DNA of 64,000 bases from Phoronis australis (lineage: Eukaryota; Animalia; Phoronida), in assembly GCA_002633005.1 (NCBI GenBank), contig NMRA01000086.1:839390-903389 (forward strand), in the 5' to 3' direction. The notes beneath the pieces are model-generated. The model searched no databases, was not told the origin of the DNA, and was given only the letters and a program-made list of their open reading frames with translations. The first letter of the stretch is position 1; every line of letters begins with the position of its first letter. Of the stretch, positions 1 through 14,380 are shown in pieces. The position numbers were made by a program, and so were the translations under genes.

Positions 1-196
1 AATTTTATTTTATTTTTTCAGTTTCCTCTTTTTTGTCTCTTTTTATCATTATTTTGACTTTATTCATGCAAGAAACATTTATTTCAGTTAAATTTTACAA
101 CACTAAAATATTTATATCACACAAGCCTATTTATTTGTGGAATGATACATCACCTAGAAAATTTTCTTCTTTTGTCATTGGTCATTCCAAGCCCTT
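1..196. mobile_element. Truncated copy of the CAGGGCTTGGAAT MITE family
   Basis: Ends in TTTGTCATTGGTCATTCCAAGCCCT. The internal cacaagcctatttatttgtg is shared, inverted, with about 25180-25200. Confidence 0.75.
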
Positions 197-536
197 GCTG
201 ACTGTGTAGATGTCATAAATCGACATTAGGTTTATTTGCTGCCATGTAAACAATGTTTAAAAAATAGAAATTGTCCATTTTGAATATTATGTGTGTGCCT
301 AAATAATGAAGAATTTCAGAAACTTAAATTTATCCTTTGATAACTCTGGGTCAGAGGTCAAATTGGGGTTTTTCGAGAACTGACATCGGTATATTCCGTA
401 TTGGTGGTTTCGATCGTTTTATTTGAGGTATGTTTATGAATGTTATGAATGTTAAGTTTGAATATTGTCAATTATTAAAGTGTGCGCTGTCTGCTCCGTA
501 CAGGATATCAGTCACTTTTACTGCTCTATTATATAG

Positions 537-3500
537 ATTGAAAGTGCTGACGGGGAGTCTGAAAAAGCTAAGTCTACAAGGAAACGCCGTGCCGTTTCTG
601 CAAAGAGCAAAGATGTCAAAAATATGGTGAGTCTTTTTGTGTAGACATGTCAGTGTTGCGAACGTTGCTATTTCTGGTTAATCGGAGTAACGGAATAGTT
701 TTGCTACAGGTGAAACAAGAAGTGTATAATCGTTAATTGCTGAGAAAGGAATTTGAAACATACTGTAAAAACTATGCTGTCACTCTGTCACCATGGTGGA
801 ACCCATTGTGTGTCGTGGCGGAAGTCCAGACCAGGATTAATTTGTTGTTCATGCATATGATTTACAAGTGGGATGACATCAGATCTGCAACTTCGTTGTT
901 GTTGTCCAACAACTTCACGTACAATGCATCCGTTTTGAAATTTCAAACAGGAAACATTTTTTTTTCAATTATGATAGACAGTGGTCTTCATGATTCTTGC
1001 GGAAAGTTGCAGGTTTGACAGGCACACAGTGTTAACAACAATATGTATGACAAGTCATGTAAAATACACATGGACCTGTGCAGTTGGTGGTTGCTTAACC
1101 TTACCACGTTTCAACATTGCAAACATGATGGAACTGACAGCATGTGGTTGACTTCATATAGGTTTTCTGCATCATCATGCATGTGCAAAAAGTGGCAGTT
1201 ATGTCTCATATCTATAGTTTGTACATTGGAGCTGTAGATCACATTCAACTTGTCCGAGTACAGTGCGATCGGACGAGTACAGTGAGATCTGGCGTGCGTT
1301 CAGTAGACGCTAGGACCTACGCTAGGACCTAGCTAAAACCTAGTCATAGTCACGTGTTCTCATTTAAAATGCACGGCAATATCTCACATAATCTCACGAA
1401 GTCTTGCATTTTAGCGAGGTCCTAGCGTTACTGAACGGGAGGCTGCACTCCACTTTTCCGATCACATTGTACTTGTCCGAGTTTAAGCCCAGGTGAATTC
1501 AAAAAGCAGTGGGTGGGCATTAGGCAGGAAGCTACATGGGAGGGGATTCCAGTAAATGTGTCAATAAAACGCAGTAGGAGACTACAGGTTCTGGAACTTT
1601 TGACTGTTCGTTAATCATGGTAACCAGGTTTCCTACATTTTGGAAGCTAAAATGTGCTTTCAAGTAAGCCTTGATTGTATGAATTGGGGTTATTAGCATG
1701 GGGGTTTCGGGAAGTGAAAGTTAGCTATTTTGGCGGCGGGCGTTAAGTTGAACGTGAGTGTTGATACTGACAACTGTGGTACTGTACTGTTCATTGTTCT
1801 GTTACCAGAATGAGACTGTATTCATCATGACATTTCTTGCACCCATTGTAGGAGTGTGACGAAGACTGGTGTGAGAAAATAACATGTACCGTTACAGACA
1901 TAGAGCCGTTAAAGTCAGTGGTGATAAATATCAAGTCCAGAGTGTGGAGTCAGACACTAGCCAAGGTAAATATATTTGTCACTTATGTCACAGGCATATC
2001 TGGGACTTTTGCCTGCTTATTGTGTGCGTAGGCCAGTAAGCGTTTTGCTGTTTTTTTTGTTTTCTCTAGTTAATTTTTTATTTCTCTTGTGAAAACCAGT
2101 TTATATCATTGTTTCCTGATGTTGCATTTTCATTTTTAATTAGACAATAATCCTCTGCCTAGCTCAGTAGCGCATAATGGCTGCCGTGCCTTTCAGTGTG
2201 TCTGCTGGCTCGATGCATGTCATGTTTTTACACGGTCGCCACGCTTTACACTTAAGCATGGCAGTTTTTTTACATGTTTGTCACATGTGTCACATGTGTC
2301 ACATGGTTTCCATGCTAACGTGCAGATAACATGCTTTTTTACTTATACTACGCAATCCATGCTTTTTATGTGGTTTGCTGGCTTTTTACTTGGATTTCAT
2401 ATTTTTCTACATTTTACGTACTCATAAGCGTTTAATCCATATAAAATTCTTACCCGACTTTGTGATTCATTTTGATTGGCATCATTTGAATATTCCTGTA
2501 GTGTTATGAAGTGGTTCTTATCAATCCTTGCATGGTTCGCAGTCTCTGCTCTTGTCTGTATCAGTAGTGGACAACTATACGTCCGTCATCTTCATAGTAA
2601 TACGTTGCTCATTTCCCATTGTAGGCTGGTTATCGATATTTGGTTCTCTTTTCCAAAGCTACAGCTACTGTGGTTGATGTACCTTACTCCGTTAAGCCAG
2701 ATAAATTGATACAGAAAACATTCCAGGTACGTGTCCAGTTTGCAAGCAGTAGCGGATTTAGAAGGGGGCCAAGGGGGCTATGACCCCCCCTAAAATTCTA
2801 CCAGATTCCATTTGGCAGTTCGGGAGTGCGAATGTCTGACAGGTAAAATCCTGGCTAATACTCTTCCTTGCCCCCCCCACTCAAAATCCTGGATCCGCCC
2901 CTGGCAAGTCCTGTGATATACATGCTCTTGGTTTTGTTGTCTTCTTGATGATGTCTTGTGACCATAAACAATCATAGGCGGATTTAGGAGAGGGGGGCAG
3001 GCCCNCCCCTCTTGGTTGTGGGAAAAAAATAAAACAGTCAGAGTATGACGAAATATTGAGTTCATGAACTAAGCCCGGTAAATAAGATGTGGTTGAAACA
3101 AGATTTTTAACCAGTTCGTGTGTCCGTGTGTTGGTGGGGCTGAGACCCAATTGCAAGTGCAATCGGCTTTTTTTATAGTCGTGAACACCCTCAGAAATTG
3201 GAGCCCCCCACCCCATCCTTGTCCTCGCGCAATCATGCTTTGCGCGATTCCCCGAGACAAAATGGTGGCCCCCCCCTATGTTATCCTAGATCCACCACCG
3301 ACATTGCACCAATTACGCAGAGGGATGTAGGTAGGGCCCAGGGAAGAGGCCCACTCATCTATTCTGAGATCTGCAAGGGGTAATCAAACAATTATCTTCT
3401 CAGCCAGGACCATAAACCCTTTGATGTGTGTTTAGTTTGGGGGTCCATCTGAAAACAGTTGTATGAGCTGGGTTCACAAAGAACGTAGTTTCACTGACTT

Positions 3501-5673
3501 TCTTTGTCAATTTCAAAAGGCCTATTACACGTGAATGACACCCTTGATTTACAATGATCCTCAAAGTCAATATGTTGGAGGACCTTCTCATGTGGAAGGT
3601 GATTGAAAGCCATGTTGTCGCATCCTCCTAAGCGTAGTACGTCACCATTAAGGGAAAATGTGGAGCACAGATAACAGTGTGCATCTCTAGAGATTGACCA
3701 TAACCAGCCAGATGTCTTGGGTTACTGCAGCATATTTCACAGTTTCAGTTTGGTTTAAAGTGTTGATACCGAGTCTCATTTCATACTCCAAAAATGGTGT
3801 TAAGCACTTGATGATGCCAAAGTGATGGATTTCTCTCTCAGTCAAAGTGATGGCATTGATAATTACATTTGAAAAAGCTTTTGTAGTAACATTCATTATT
3901 TGCCTGTGTAGTGATTTCTTGTACCTGCGTGTGACCAGTGTCGCTGTAATGTGTGATGTGTTGCAGGTGCCAATAACTATGCACTCTGACAGCATTCCTG
4001 AAAGTAAACCCCTAGAGTGGTGGTGGATAATGATTGCTGTGGCGGGGGGCATCCTCCTCCTCATACTACTTGTCATCATTCTCTGGAAGGTAAGACGCAT
4101 TACAATTAAAGCTGCACTTCGCACTGTTTGGCTGGTTAAGAAACAAAAATCTCGTTAAGTCCCTTGCTGTTATCAAATAGGTCTCGTATTCCATACCGTG
4201 ATAGGACTCTGTTTCTGTTGGTAACAAGAATGGCGAAACCATCTGCGAGTCAAGAAGATGCTTCAGGGTTTATTGGGGTTAACTAACCCGAAAATTGCAA
4301 ATTCAAAAATTGAGCTTGTATGCATTGCTTTTAACTTGAGTTGGTAACGGAATGGAATCATATCTTAGAATGCTGTAAACATCACCTAAACGGAGATTAG
4401 GATCGATTTGGAGAAATCTTTGAATTTCTCCAATGTCATGTGGTCAAGTCACCTGGACTGGCTCTGTCCACATTCCAATCTCATGGAGGGGGGCTAGTCA
4501 TCAATAGAGTCCCTCTAATCACTAGGTCATATCCAAATTGAAAGCTGGAAAGCATCCAGCCACTGTTTTTCCATTTTCTTTTTGCTACATGCAAAATAAT
4601 GGAAACGACAAAATCTGCCGAAGGGTAAATTTAAGTGGATTATACGGACTCTTGAATTTTCAAAACTGACCAAGTAATAACAATTTTGTTAACAAAAACC
4701 CAAACCGTTGGATCATAGTTTTCAGCACTGCTTGATCAGGTATTTACATGCATCACTAAAAAACTCGCAATGAAAGCTGTGTCTGAGTGTGGATAAAACT
4801 GGTCTTGATGGAGGAATCTTGTTTTAAGGGCATGTTCATGACATGGTAAGTATTATGATACTGATTTTATGAGAGTAAAAAGACTGAATTTGATATTCAT
4901 TTTAACCAGCTAAACAGTGCAGCTTTAAAGTGTCACCGTTGTTCAGTTGTTGCCATATAGGTGTGTCATTTCTGCAGCTCTGATTATAGGCGCCATGACA
5001 ACAACGCCTTATTTTTAGAGGGCTATGGCAAACATCTGTTCATTGTTGATTGATGTCGAGGGATCGCATTTGTGATACCCCAGATCCACCGATGTCTGGG
5101 TTTAACTACTTACTAGTGTTCACCAAGTGAATCGATGACAGAAATGCATAAACCTGTTAATTTGTGTAGTTTGTTTCTCCGTGATCCCTTACGGAGGCTC
5201 TGAGACCCCTAACCATGGGCTCGACTAAAATAGACAATCAGCATTACAAGTAATGAGACTTCTGGTAGTCAGGTCCAGGTACAGAGACTAGCTTATGGCC
5301 GACTAGCAAGCGAGCGTGCTGAACTGAAGTAGTGGTAAAGCATGCATTCACCACGGCCATAAAACTGTAGGCAACATTAACAAAGTTAAGTCTCACATTG
5401 TGCATACACGTGAAATTTAATCGAAAAAAATTGGTCATTCCTGGGGGACTTGAAGGTCATTTTGTTCCTATTATTTTGACGTGTGCCGCTCGCCTACTGT
5501 TTGTTTCTACAATCTCAACAGCTACACATTATATTAAGAGTGAAATTTTTTTACAGTGTGGGTTCTTCCGACGTAAACGTGTACCAGACGAGGACCTAGA
5601 AGAACGCGAAACCCTTCAGGTGGAGAGAAAGCAAGCCAATGGGGGTGGACACGGTGATGACGATGAGGTCTGA
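537..5673 (+). CDS. Integrin alpha subunit, 3' part (calf-2 domain, transmembrane helix, cytoplasmic tail); 5' exons lie outside the window
   Basis: Five AG/GT-bounded, phase-0 exons. 537-626: IESADGESEKAKSTRKRRAVSAKSKDVKNM, with a furin-type RKRR site. 1852-1965: ECDEDWCEKITCTV...KSRVWSQTLAK. 2625-2726: AGYRYLVLFSKATATVVDVPY...FQ. 3967-4089: ...EWWWIMIAVAGGILLLILLVIILWK (TM). 5557-5673: CGFFRRKR...DDDEV*. The KCGFFRR sequence matches the integrin-alpha KxGFFKR motif. Confidence 0.93.
1297..1437. mobile_element. Small TIR element nested in an older inverted-repeat element (about 1240-1482); relative at about 55147-55277
   Basis: TIRs CGTTCAGTAGACGCTAGGACC and GGTCCTAGCGTTACTGAACG. The segment aatctc(a/g)cgaagtcttg...tagcgaggtccta is shared with 55230-55277. 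Confidence 0.6.
2747..2903. mobile_element. MITE, CAG(T/G)GGCGGAT family, 5-bp TSD
   Basis: Ends are CAGTAGCGGATTTAG and CTGGATCCGCCCCTG, flanked by a perfect GCAAG/GCAAG duplication. Confidence 0.8.
2973..3300. mobile_element. Related MITE with GGCGGATTTAGG termini
   Basis: Ends are CATAGGCGGATTTAGG and CCTAGATCCACCACCG; flanks are ACAAT/ACATT. Confidence 0.55.
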
Positions 5674-8313
5674 TTGGCTGTTAGTCGACCTGACTCGACT
5701 GTTGTGTGTACCCTGTTCTTGCGCCGCTGTCAGTGTTTTCAGCTTTATCCATGGGGCATGAACTATGTGTTGTGCTGCTGCGCATTGAACGTGCTAGAAC
5801 TATTTGTACCAATGTCCTCTGACACACCATATGTTTACTTTTCTCTAGAAAAGGTGTAGCGTTCAATTGATACTATTGACCCAAATCTGCCTGGACATTG
5901 GGCACATGTAATAGAATATATCTTCATATATTTTTTCTCGGTTCTGTTTAGATGTTTATCTACTACTTTGTAGCCATTGGAGATCAGTAGAACATTTTGT
6001 GCCTCCAGTTCTGAGGATTTCTGTGTCTGATGTTGTCACGAGTTGGTCTTAGTGCCCTGTCACACCAAGGTGCTCAAGCATGTCCTAAAATGTTAAGCCG
6101 TGCTGAGGATGGGCGAAAATGGTCAGGTTTCATTGAAAATATGAATCAAATGTGATACCACCCACGGAGCTTTTGCTTAGTTGGTAACAAGCGTCTATAG
6201 CATTTATCCACTTCTAACTCAGTTTTAGCCTGCCGCGTCAAAGTTCTTGAGATGGTATGGGGATCTGCCTTGGTGTGGCTGTGCCCTTAAGAAATGTGTT
6301 TTCTTTGTAAAGTAAATCCCCTTTCTGTTGCTGAGTTTGGCGGAAATGTGGGGATGGACTAAGCTCACATAATACACTATGCAAGTGGCTGGTTTAATGC
6401 TTCTGCGTTTTAACCAGTGTTGTAACGTTACTGTTAACACAGCTGTTGTCTTGTGGGCTTCATAATGATGTTGTTCATTTGTTGCGTTTGATGTTGGTGT
6501 TAGACCTTCATAACCAAATATTGCCCAGTAAAGATTCTGGGATGAATGTCAAATGTGACCACGTGTGTTTGCATGTTTGCTGCTTTATATAATCGTCATT
6601 TTGTTGAGATTAATAAGCTGCCCTAGTCGCTTACGGGTGTCCTGGATTTTGAGAACTAGATTCAGGACCGTTATTCAATGGAGAAACTGTTTCTCAAGAT
6701 GCAGTATCCCTGTTGGTGACTGTACTGCTGATTAAGCAACTGTGCTGACATTGTATGCTGACATTGTATTGTTGCTGTACTGTGTTGAGTATCCAATGTT
6801 ATTGTTACAGTATACACAGTATTTTGTAAGTGAGGATGATAAACCTATTTATTGATATTTTTAATGCATCGAAAGTTAGCTGTTGTTAGTTTCATTAACA
6901 TTGATGCAAATGTGTATGCAGTTATTATTGTTATTTTTATGTAACATCGCACATACGGTAACTCTCCACTTATTTTGCACAAAAATATTTGTAAAAATGG
7001 TTATCTTTTCATTTTTCATTGGCTGAAATATTGGGAACTTCAGCAAATGTTGTTTTATGACATCTACGAACTGCAAAACATGCTTGTAATAGACTAAAAT
7101 GTCTTTAATTTTTACTTTTGTGGACACATTTAACAAAACAGTATTTCATTCTTCAACCATATTGTGTGCTAAATATGTGTAGACGTATGGTAGTGGTGCT
7201 TTAACTGGTGCTTTGTGTGTGCGTGCCAAGACTTTAAACCCAGCACTAGGTGGCGTGTTAACCAAGTTTCAGATATATAACTGGACAAAACTGTTGCAGT
7301 TCTCATCTATGTTTTGTAATGAGATCCTTTTATTTGGAAGATAGTAATGTTTTTCCTGCTTAAAATGGAACCCCGCTTCCTTGCCGAAAGTCGGACGGGT
7401 GGTATCATGTTTAACTGAAAAAGCCTCCAGTAGTCTGAAACTAATGGCATGGAACAATTTTTATGTCAAAATTCGAAAGGTGCAGTGTGTTTTAGAATAA
7501 TTTGTGAAGTTTAAGGCGTGCAATTTTATGATGGCGTTCATTGGAATGGGTGTTGATGCCAAATCTGAGTGCAGTTTCCGTTTGTATCTCAGTGTCTCCG
7601 CTGGCCAGTCTTCAATTTTGTGTATACCTGGTAAGCACTACGTCATTGATTAGTGTCTACCATTTATATTCTCTTAAAACGCTCTCTTACTTAAGGCGTA
7701 GGATTTGGGGTTTACTTTTCTCTCCAAGAACGTCCCTTTAATTGTGCTCATGCAGTACCATGGCTGAAATAGTTCTGGTAAGTTGTTTTGTGAGTGCAAC
7801 CTCTTTGTTTTTAATACTGCGAATTACTATTAGGTTCCTGATTACACATGATGAAACAAACCAGCAATGATATTAATCTATGGTTGCTTCAACAGAAATA
7901 TTCGCCACTGCTCGCTTGATTTATTCCTGTAAGCTTGGCGATTTCGTCTTGACTCGTTGAATAACGCACCTGTGTGGGATGTTAAGATATTAATCTAATA
8001 GTATATATTTTAGGATTGATGCTGCATTTTGCTGTAAACTTTTGATAAGGTTATTCAATTTTGTAAAATATCTCGGAATGCTTGTATTTTATTTAGATTC
8101 GGAGTGTAGCCTTTAGATAGATTTTGCTGAATTTGGCCTAGTGCAAATTGGCACTGTCTTGCTCTCTGCTGTGGTTTCTGCTCGATTGGTCGACTGAGTG
8201 GGTTTTTGACTGGGAACTGAAACACAGTCTGGGCTTATAGAGCCTGGCTATAGACATGCAGCAGTTAGTTAAAATCAAATTTTCCAACTTGTAATGTCAA
8301 AATTTGACACTTT

Positions 8314-8319
8314 AATAAA
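8314..8319 (+). promoter_or_regulatory. Candidate polyadenylation signal of the integrin alpha gene (about 2.6 kb 3' UTR)
   Basis: AATAAA followed closely by ATTAAA, at the end of a long TG-rich UTR-like stretch downstream of the stop codon at 5673. Confidence 0.4.
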
Positions 8320-10404
8320 GTTATTAAATCTCTAAATCAATGTTTGATCGATGAAGTCCATTCTCGTATTTTGCATCATCTCCAAAAGGCTGTTCGTCCG
8401 TAGCTCATTTATTGTACTATGTCCTGTTCCTGCCGCTCCGAAGTTGTATGAAAGTAGGGCGTGTGTGCTTTCTGAAAATGAAGCTCTCAGTGCCCTAGCT
8501 CAGGTTATATCGCCCGACGGTGCCCGACGTTAGCATAGATCAAGCTGGGGTACTAGGACACATCATATGTCATCCCATCACCCATTTTGAGTGTCATTCA
8601 GGGTGAAACGATGGGGAAAGCTTGAAGCGACGTTGGCGAGTTGGAACTGGAGGGGCTGGGAAATCATAGCCGCACTCTGAGGGGAGTGAGCTCAACGAAG
8701 TCGAATTGGTAGATTTTCAAGTAAATTTAAGTTATTTGGCTCATAAACGGAGCAAACGGGATACTGTGCACCAACTGAAAACAAACTCACGTGAGGTTGC
8801 TCAGTCAGGCTCAAAGGCTTTCAGCATCCTATTTAGTTAGTTTTCATCTCCGTTGGCGGGAGACCCTTTGGGGTTTCCACGGCTACCATTTGCCGTTGTA
8901 TTGCTCATTTGGCCTGCAAAATGGTTCACTTTGGACAAAATGATCTTGGTTGCAAGAAGCACAGGTATTTCAATTTTTATGGCAACCGATGTATTGAAAT
9001 GAAACCCCTGCAACAAAAGGATGTCATGAAAATTACATAAATTTTCAAGATTTGGTTTAATTTGCAACAGAAGTTCTCAACACTGACCCCGACATTTTAT
9101 TCTTGTTGCTAATACCTCTACCACATGAACCTATAGTCCAATGGGATCATTGCGTGAGCCGCCGAAAAATGGTCACGTTCGTCGGCCTATAGTACTACAC
9201 GTCAGGGGCCTTCCGAAATTATCAGGCGTCACCATGCATGAGAAATTCACCATTCCGCTACTTCATCGCCTTATTACCTCAGTTTGCTAGGATCAGCCGA
9301 GCATCGCATTGACCCTGCCAATCGGCTAAAAGGGCGATCCGGCCAGCCGCACACCGCATGCCAAAATATAATCCAAGTACTCCTTCAGGCTACCACGCTG
9401 AGGATCATATTTCCTGTTGGATGCTTGCAATTTGCTTTCTTTGTGAGTTTTTATGTGTTAAATTGCTTGGCATTGCGCAATCTCCTGTCGACCAGCATTG
9501 TGCTTTTTGCGGCCACGAATGCCTGTCGTAGTTTGATCTGAGCTGTTATCATCTGTTTTCGTCGTTGTTTCTTCCAGATGTTGTATTGCTACATCAACCA
9601 CAAGCCGAGAAAATGTGATAAAACGGAATTGTGGGAGAAGACAGTTGCTGACGCTGAGTTGAATGCGGAATATACAGAGGCTTGATTTCAAGGCCGCGGA
9701 ACTGAGAATGGTATTGCTTAGGCTACCACCCGTCTAGATATGGAGTGACGGACTGAGGCAGACAAATTAAGGCGCAACTTACAAGACTGGCAGTATGAAC
9801 GTGAGGAAACAAATATCGTCCGTATTTGGGCCGTGTTTCACATCGGCAGGCCGATCAAGACACTCACCTCACAGCGCGGTCCACTGAAAACGCTAGAGCC
9901 GGTTGTTACGTCAATGCCTGGTGATAACCAGAACATATTTGGGCGTCATTTTGCTTTTCTCGCAAAAAGCTGTGTAACACCACTCCGCAATATGTGATCT
10001 ATATAAGCCTTGGTGTTCCGGCTGCATGCAGTGCTGGTAGGCCCTATCTGCTTACACTTCAACAGCTGGGAGCGCATAGTTTGACGTCACTGAGAGTGAT
10101 GATCTTTTTATTTTTGTATATCTCATATGATTGTGAATATTGAGAGCCATTCCACCGGAAATTCAAAAGAAATCAAGAAATCACTCTAGGTTTTACTTTC
10201 GGGTTCAGCTTAGGCCTATATGTGATCATGATTGGTGCTCTGATATAAAAATCACCATTGTACGGCTTATTTTTTACCTATATGTCTTTAACGGTTCACG
10301 AAGAGAACAGTCCCTTTTTGCACACCGAAAACAGCAATTTTTCTATACAGAACTCCGGTACAGTTCGGTGCAGCTATCACGTGACAGGGCTGGGCTGGAG
10401 GGCA

Positions 10405-11205
10405 CGTCATGACGGCGTTTTTTCGTTCAGTGACTTTACAAGACGTAGAGGGTTGTGAGCATGTGGTAACATCTACAGTGGCGGATTTAGGGATGGGGGC
10501 AAGGGGGCCCTGCCCACCCTAAAATTCAACCAGATACCATTAGTCAGTTCGGGTGCGAATTGCTGNCTTAACAAACCCCGTTTACCGTTTTTTTTTTAGT
10601 CGGAAGGTGCTCAAACCCAAACATTCGAGACCCCTGCATCCCTACATTTTAGACTGGGCGCGCATCTGCCGAATTTCTGGTTATTCCTGTGCCATGCCCC
10701 CCCATCTTAACTCAAAATCCTGGATCCGCCCCTGATTTAGCTTCTTTGTTAACTGCCAAGCACAGTCTTTTGTCTGGTATGACAACAGGCAGGCCAATTA
10801 TCTATCAGGCTTATTACAGACCACGTGTGAACACGGTCAAACCCTGAGCGAATTGGTATATTTGGAAAGAATAGATTGTCGTCGGTAACATCGGTTGTAG
10901 TTGGGCAATTTTGGCAATTCAAAAACTAAACATGATCACCATTTGACGAAGATTTCAGAAATGCTATTGGTTTATGTTAAAAATGTTATAACCTAACTTT
11001 TATTTTAACAGCACAACCCAGTCAGGGTAGATATCCTACTGGAGATTAGGGCAATAATCGAACAAAAGGAAGCTGGCCCTCCAACCATAAATGCCAGAAT
11101 GGAGTTAATCAGTCGTGTAAGATATTGGCTACAGGAGTGTTCTTCCCAACTTGTTGTTGAGCTATAGAATCGAACAATTTGGGAGCAACGAGAAAACGCA
11201 ATAAT
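10405..11205. repeat. Segmental duplicate of 14915-15455 (lectin 3' flank)
   Basis: Continuous similarity, for example agaccacgtgtgaacac and gccagaatggagttaatcagtcgtgtaagat, interrupted by the MITE at 10476. Confidence 0.9.
10476..10734. mobile_element. MITE of the same family; the empty site is visible in the paralogous segment near 14981
   Basis: Ends are CAGTGGCGGATTTAGG and TGGATCCGCCCCTG; flanks are ATCTA/ATTTA. The paralogous segment reads aacATGTAgcttc without the insert. Confidence 0.85.
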
Positions 11206-14200
11206 GCTGTTTTAATTTGTAATTTGAAAGTGGGTATCATCATTGACACAAATGCATCCTGTTTGTTGGACATTGGAAGATATGTTTACTGATAAAACTT
11301 GGATGTGTCACAAATTTTTAAGAAATGTCGAATGGGCATTTCTTCATTTTTGTTCAGAAAAATGTTATTACAGAATGAACGAGGATCAACAATTAGAGAC
11401 CATAATGCTGTCTGATATCCATAAATCATTGAACGTTGAAACACAGGTAGACGTGATGACTACACTTTTTCACAGTTATATACGAAAGGTAGCACTATGA
11501 AATTTTGCTTTTCATGGCTTCTCATTTGTTAAAGGAGAATGCCACCCAAAATAAACATATTTTGTATCAATTTAGATCGAGTAGTTCTACTCGATAACGG
11601 CACGTTCGTTTGCGTTACCTGACACCTGACGGCAGACGGGGGTGTTGAAATTATCCAATGACGTCATTGGTTTCACACGCAGTCTATTCATCAGTTCACA
11701 ACACGGGTTACTGGCGTCAGCTTATCGTTTGAATTCATCGTTTAACACCAATAAATCATCAAACTTCGTCGTAAAACCCTTAAAAATGCACCGAGTTCCT
11801 ATCAAACGCTGTTGTTTTATTTCACTGTTACGAATGTATTGGTATTTGGACACACCGTAGCCAACAAAGTTCGGCAGCCCAATTTACCAACTTAAGGTCC
11901 GTAACAGGAGTTTGAGGTCTGTTCAAAGATAAATTCGAATTCTTCTTCCATGAAATACCGACAGGAGAACCTAGATCTGTGTTGTTTAGACTTGTGATTT
12001 CTTGATGAATTCTACTGAAACACACAAAACGCTTGTTATCCCGGCCAGTGGCTCGGAACCCAATCAGGCCCGTCGCGGCACGAACATTAACCAGCTTGAA
12101 TTGGAAACTAAACCTTCAGTCACGAAAAGACTATAATAGTGAGCCAAAGAAATAATGTGCACGTAATTATTTATGTTAATTAGCCACGAAACTGAAAATC
12201 TACTTACTTGTCAGGGGCCGCGAAGTCGGATTCCCCTTCCACAGACCGTCAGGGCAAAGGTTGCACAGTAACAATGACTTGAATAATGTATTTGTATTTC
12301 TAAGTAAAGATTCTCCTAACATGTGACCATAACATATAAAATCGAGTAATTGTTTCACAACAGCTTTCTGTCAGCAAACACTGAATTAGCATGCGCTCAC
12401 ACGGCCTCAGTGCCCGGTCAATTTTCCTTTATTGCCGGCAGAAAAGCCGGTAACGCAGTGGTTTATTCATTGCTGGATTCTCATCATTTGCACTAGCTCA
12501 CAAATACTGCAAAGGCATTACGTCTAATGACACGTAGACTGTTTCAGTTTTATATAAGCATTGGTTATGAAGAAAATAATTCAATTTGAAATGGAACGCA
12601 GAATAACAAACGTCCACATGGCAACTCGCCCGGCGCCAATCCCGACTTAGTCAAGAGCTTATCAGACGACGACTTCACTGAAGGGTTGGATCATTAGGTT
12701 TCACAGGCTATCAGTTCGAACCAGAATACACTGATCAAGAAATACTAGAGAGGCGCCGTGAACATACACAGGCAACGGAACGTATGGATAGTTCTTTGGT
12801 AAGCTGGAATTAGTCAGAGAAATCACTGTCGACGAAATGGCGGCCACAGACACGGAGATGATGTTTCACGGTCTCATAACTTGCTATTAATAGCGTACCT
12901 TTCATTCTTCACTTCCGCGAGCCACTTCCTAAACATTTCGGGCTCTCGAGGAAGTCGAAAAAAATGATATACCAGCTTTCTTCGCAGCTTCATATTTCGG
13001 ACAAGCGAGAACGATTCACCGCAATGTAGCGCGGCATTCACTCTGCAGACGAACCACTGACGTCGCTGCGTTGTTTCTCACCTTCCTCACAGGTTAACGC
13101 GACACCTCTTGGCAAGGTGGGGTCGAAAAATAAAAAAACGGAAGCACCACTGTGAATTGCGCGTTTGCGCATGTTTAATGAACTTATGCCTTCGAGTCCC
13201 CCGAGCCNCCCCCCTGGGTGCGCGCATGCTTATCAAATAATAGTTCACGAGAAACGTTTTTAGAGTACTCCGTCGCCATGGTAACAGTTATGCATGTCCA
13301 CTGTGTGGTGATCAACAAGACCGCGACACAGATTCGTATATAGTATCTGTTGTGCTTCTTGTTAACTCAGTGCATGGAGAGGGCGTGCCCAGAATATGTT
13401 TTCAATTCGATATACGTCTTAAAAAGGTCTCTGTAAATGAGCAAGTTTAGGACAGTGACCCAAACTTTGAAGCGTGTTCTTTGGTCACTGACGGTTTTGA
13501 TATTTTTGCTGGTAACGGAGAGGATCTTATCACTGCAGGCAACATAGCGAGATCGATGTTATGGGAGTAAAAGGCCCTATTCAGCGATTTTCGTGTTTCA
13601 TGCAACTTGACGTCAAAAGTACCTACAGAGTTACTAATTCAGAAAAGCATGACAAGACAACGGAGAACCAAGTGGATATTGTTGTTTTTCAAAATTCTCG
13701 ACCTTTGCTTAGTAGGCTTGTTGACTGCTCATTGATGGTGTAAAAATATAGGCCACATTTCTGAAACCAGTAGGTAAAGTCGGTTTGATATGAAACTCGA
13801 TAAGTTTGTGATATTATATCTGTGAATTAATTTCACTTGGCCCTCGCTTAGTGAAAATTCACTGCTTGATATCTTCTCATTACATAAATTTTTGACGTAT
13901 CACAGACAGTTGACAACGCATACAGATGGTGCATAGCAATTTTGGAAGGCGATACGTATAACAGCATACATGAGATGTCTCTCCAATTAGGACATATTAC
14001 CACCAGTGTTTCGGACAGGAAAAATGGTTGCATGAGAACACTTTGTGACGCTGTCGGCAGTCTTTGGTAAGCAAAAGCAGCAACGCTGTTAGCGAATAAT
14101 GATGTCAAATGAAAGACAGTAAGCAATAACAATCCAAGTCACCAGTAGCTTTATTCGTGGACATTTATATGTTGAATTACGTAATCCAGCAACAACTGCA

Positions 14201-14243
14201 GCATGTCAAAATGTTCTGTGGTAATTTTGTGACATGCAGGCAC

Positions 14244-14380
14244 TCAGCTAAGCTCTGTTTCACAAATATAACCCCTTTGTGCAGGGCATCCCATGTCATA
14301 CCACTGTAATTTGCTCCCAATCTTCAAATTAACTTCCAGGCAATTTTCCTCTAACACGAAAAATCGGTTGTTTGGCTCAC
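14244..14380 (-). CDS. C-type lectin terminal exon, distal copy with an intact acceptor
   Basis: tttttcAG|GT GAG CCA AAC gives (G)EPNNRFFVLEENCLEVNLKIGSKLQWYDMGCPAQRGYICETELS*. It has the EPN motif, a WxD motif and the C-terminal YICE, and its phase matches exon 1. Confidence 0.85.

Noticed and set aside
3687-4124. 145-aa ORF on the minus strand
   Set aside because: It is the antisense shadow of the integrin transmembrane exon and its adjacent intron.
11530-13900. Possible Kolobok-like element starting TTAAAGGAGAATGCCAC
   Set aside because: I could not find the matching right terminus or any recognisable coding remnant.
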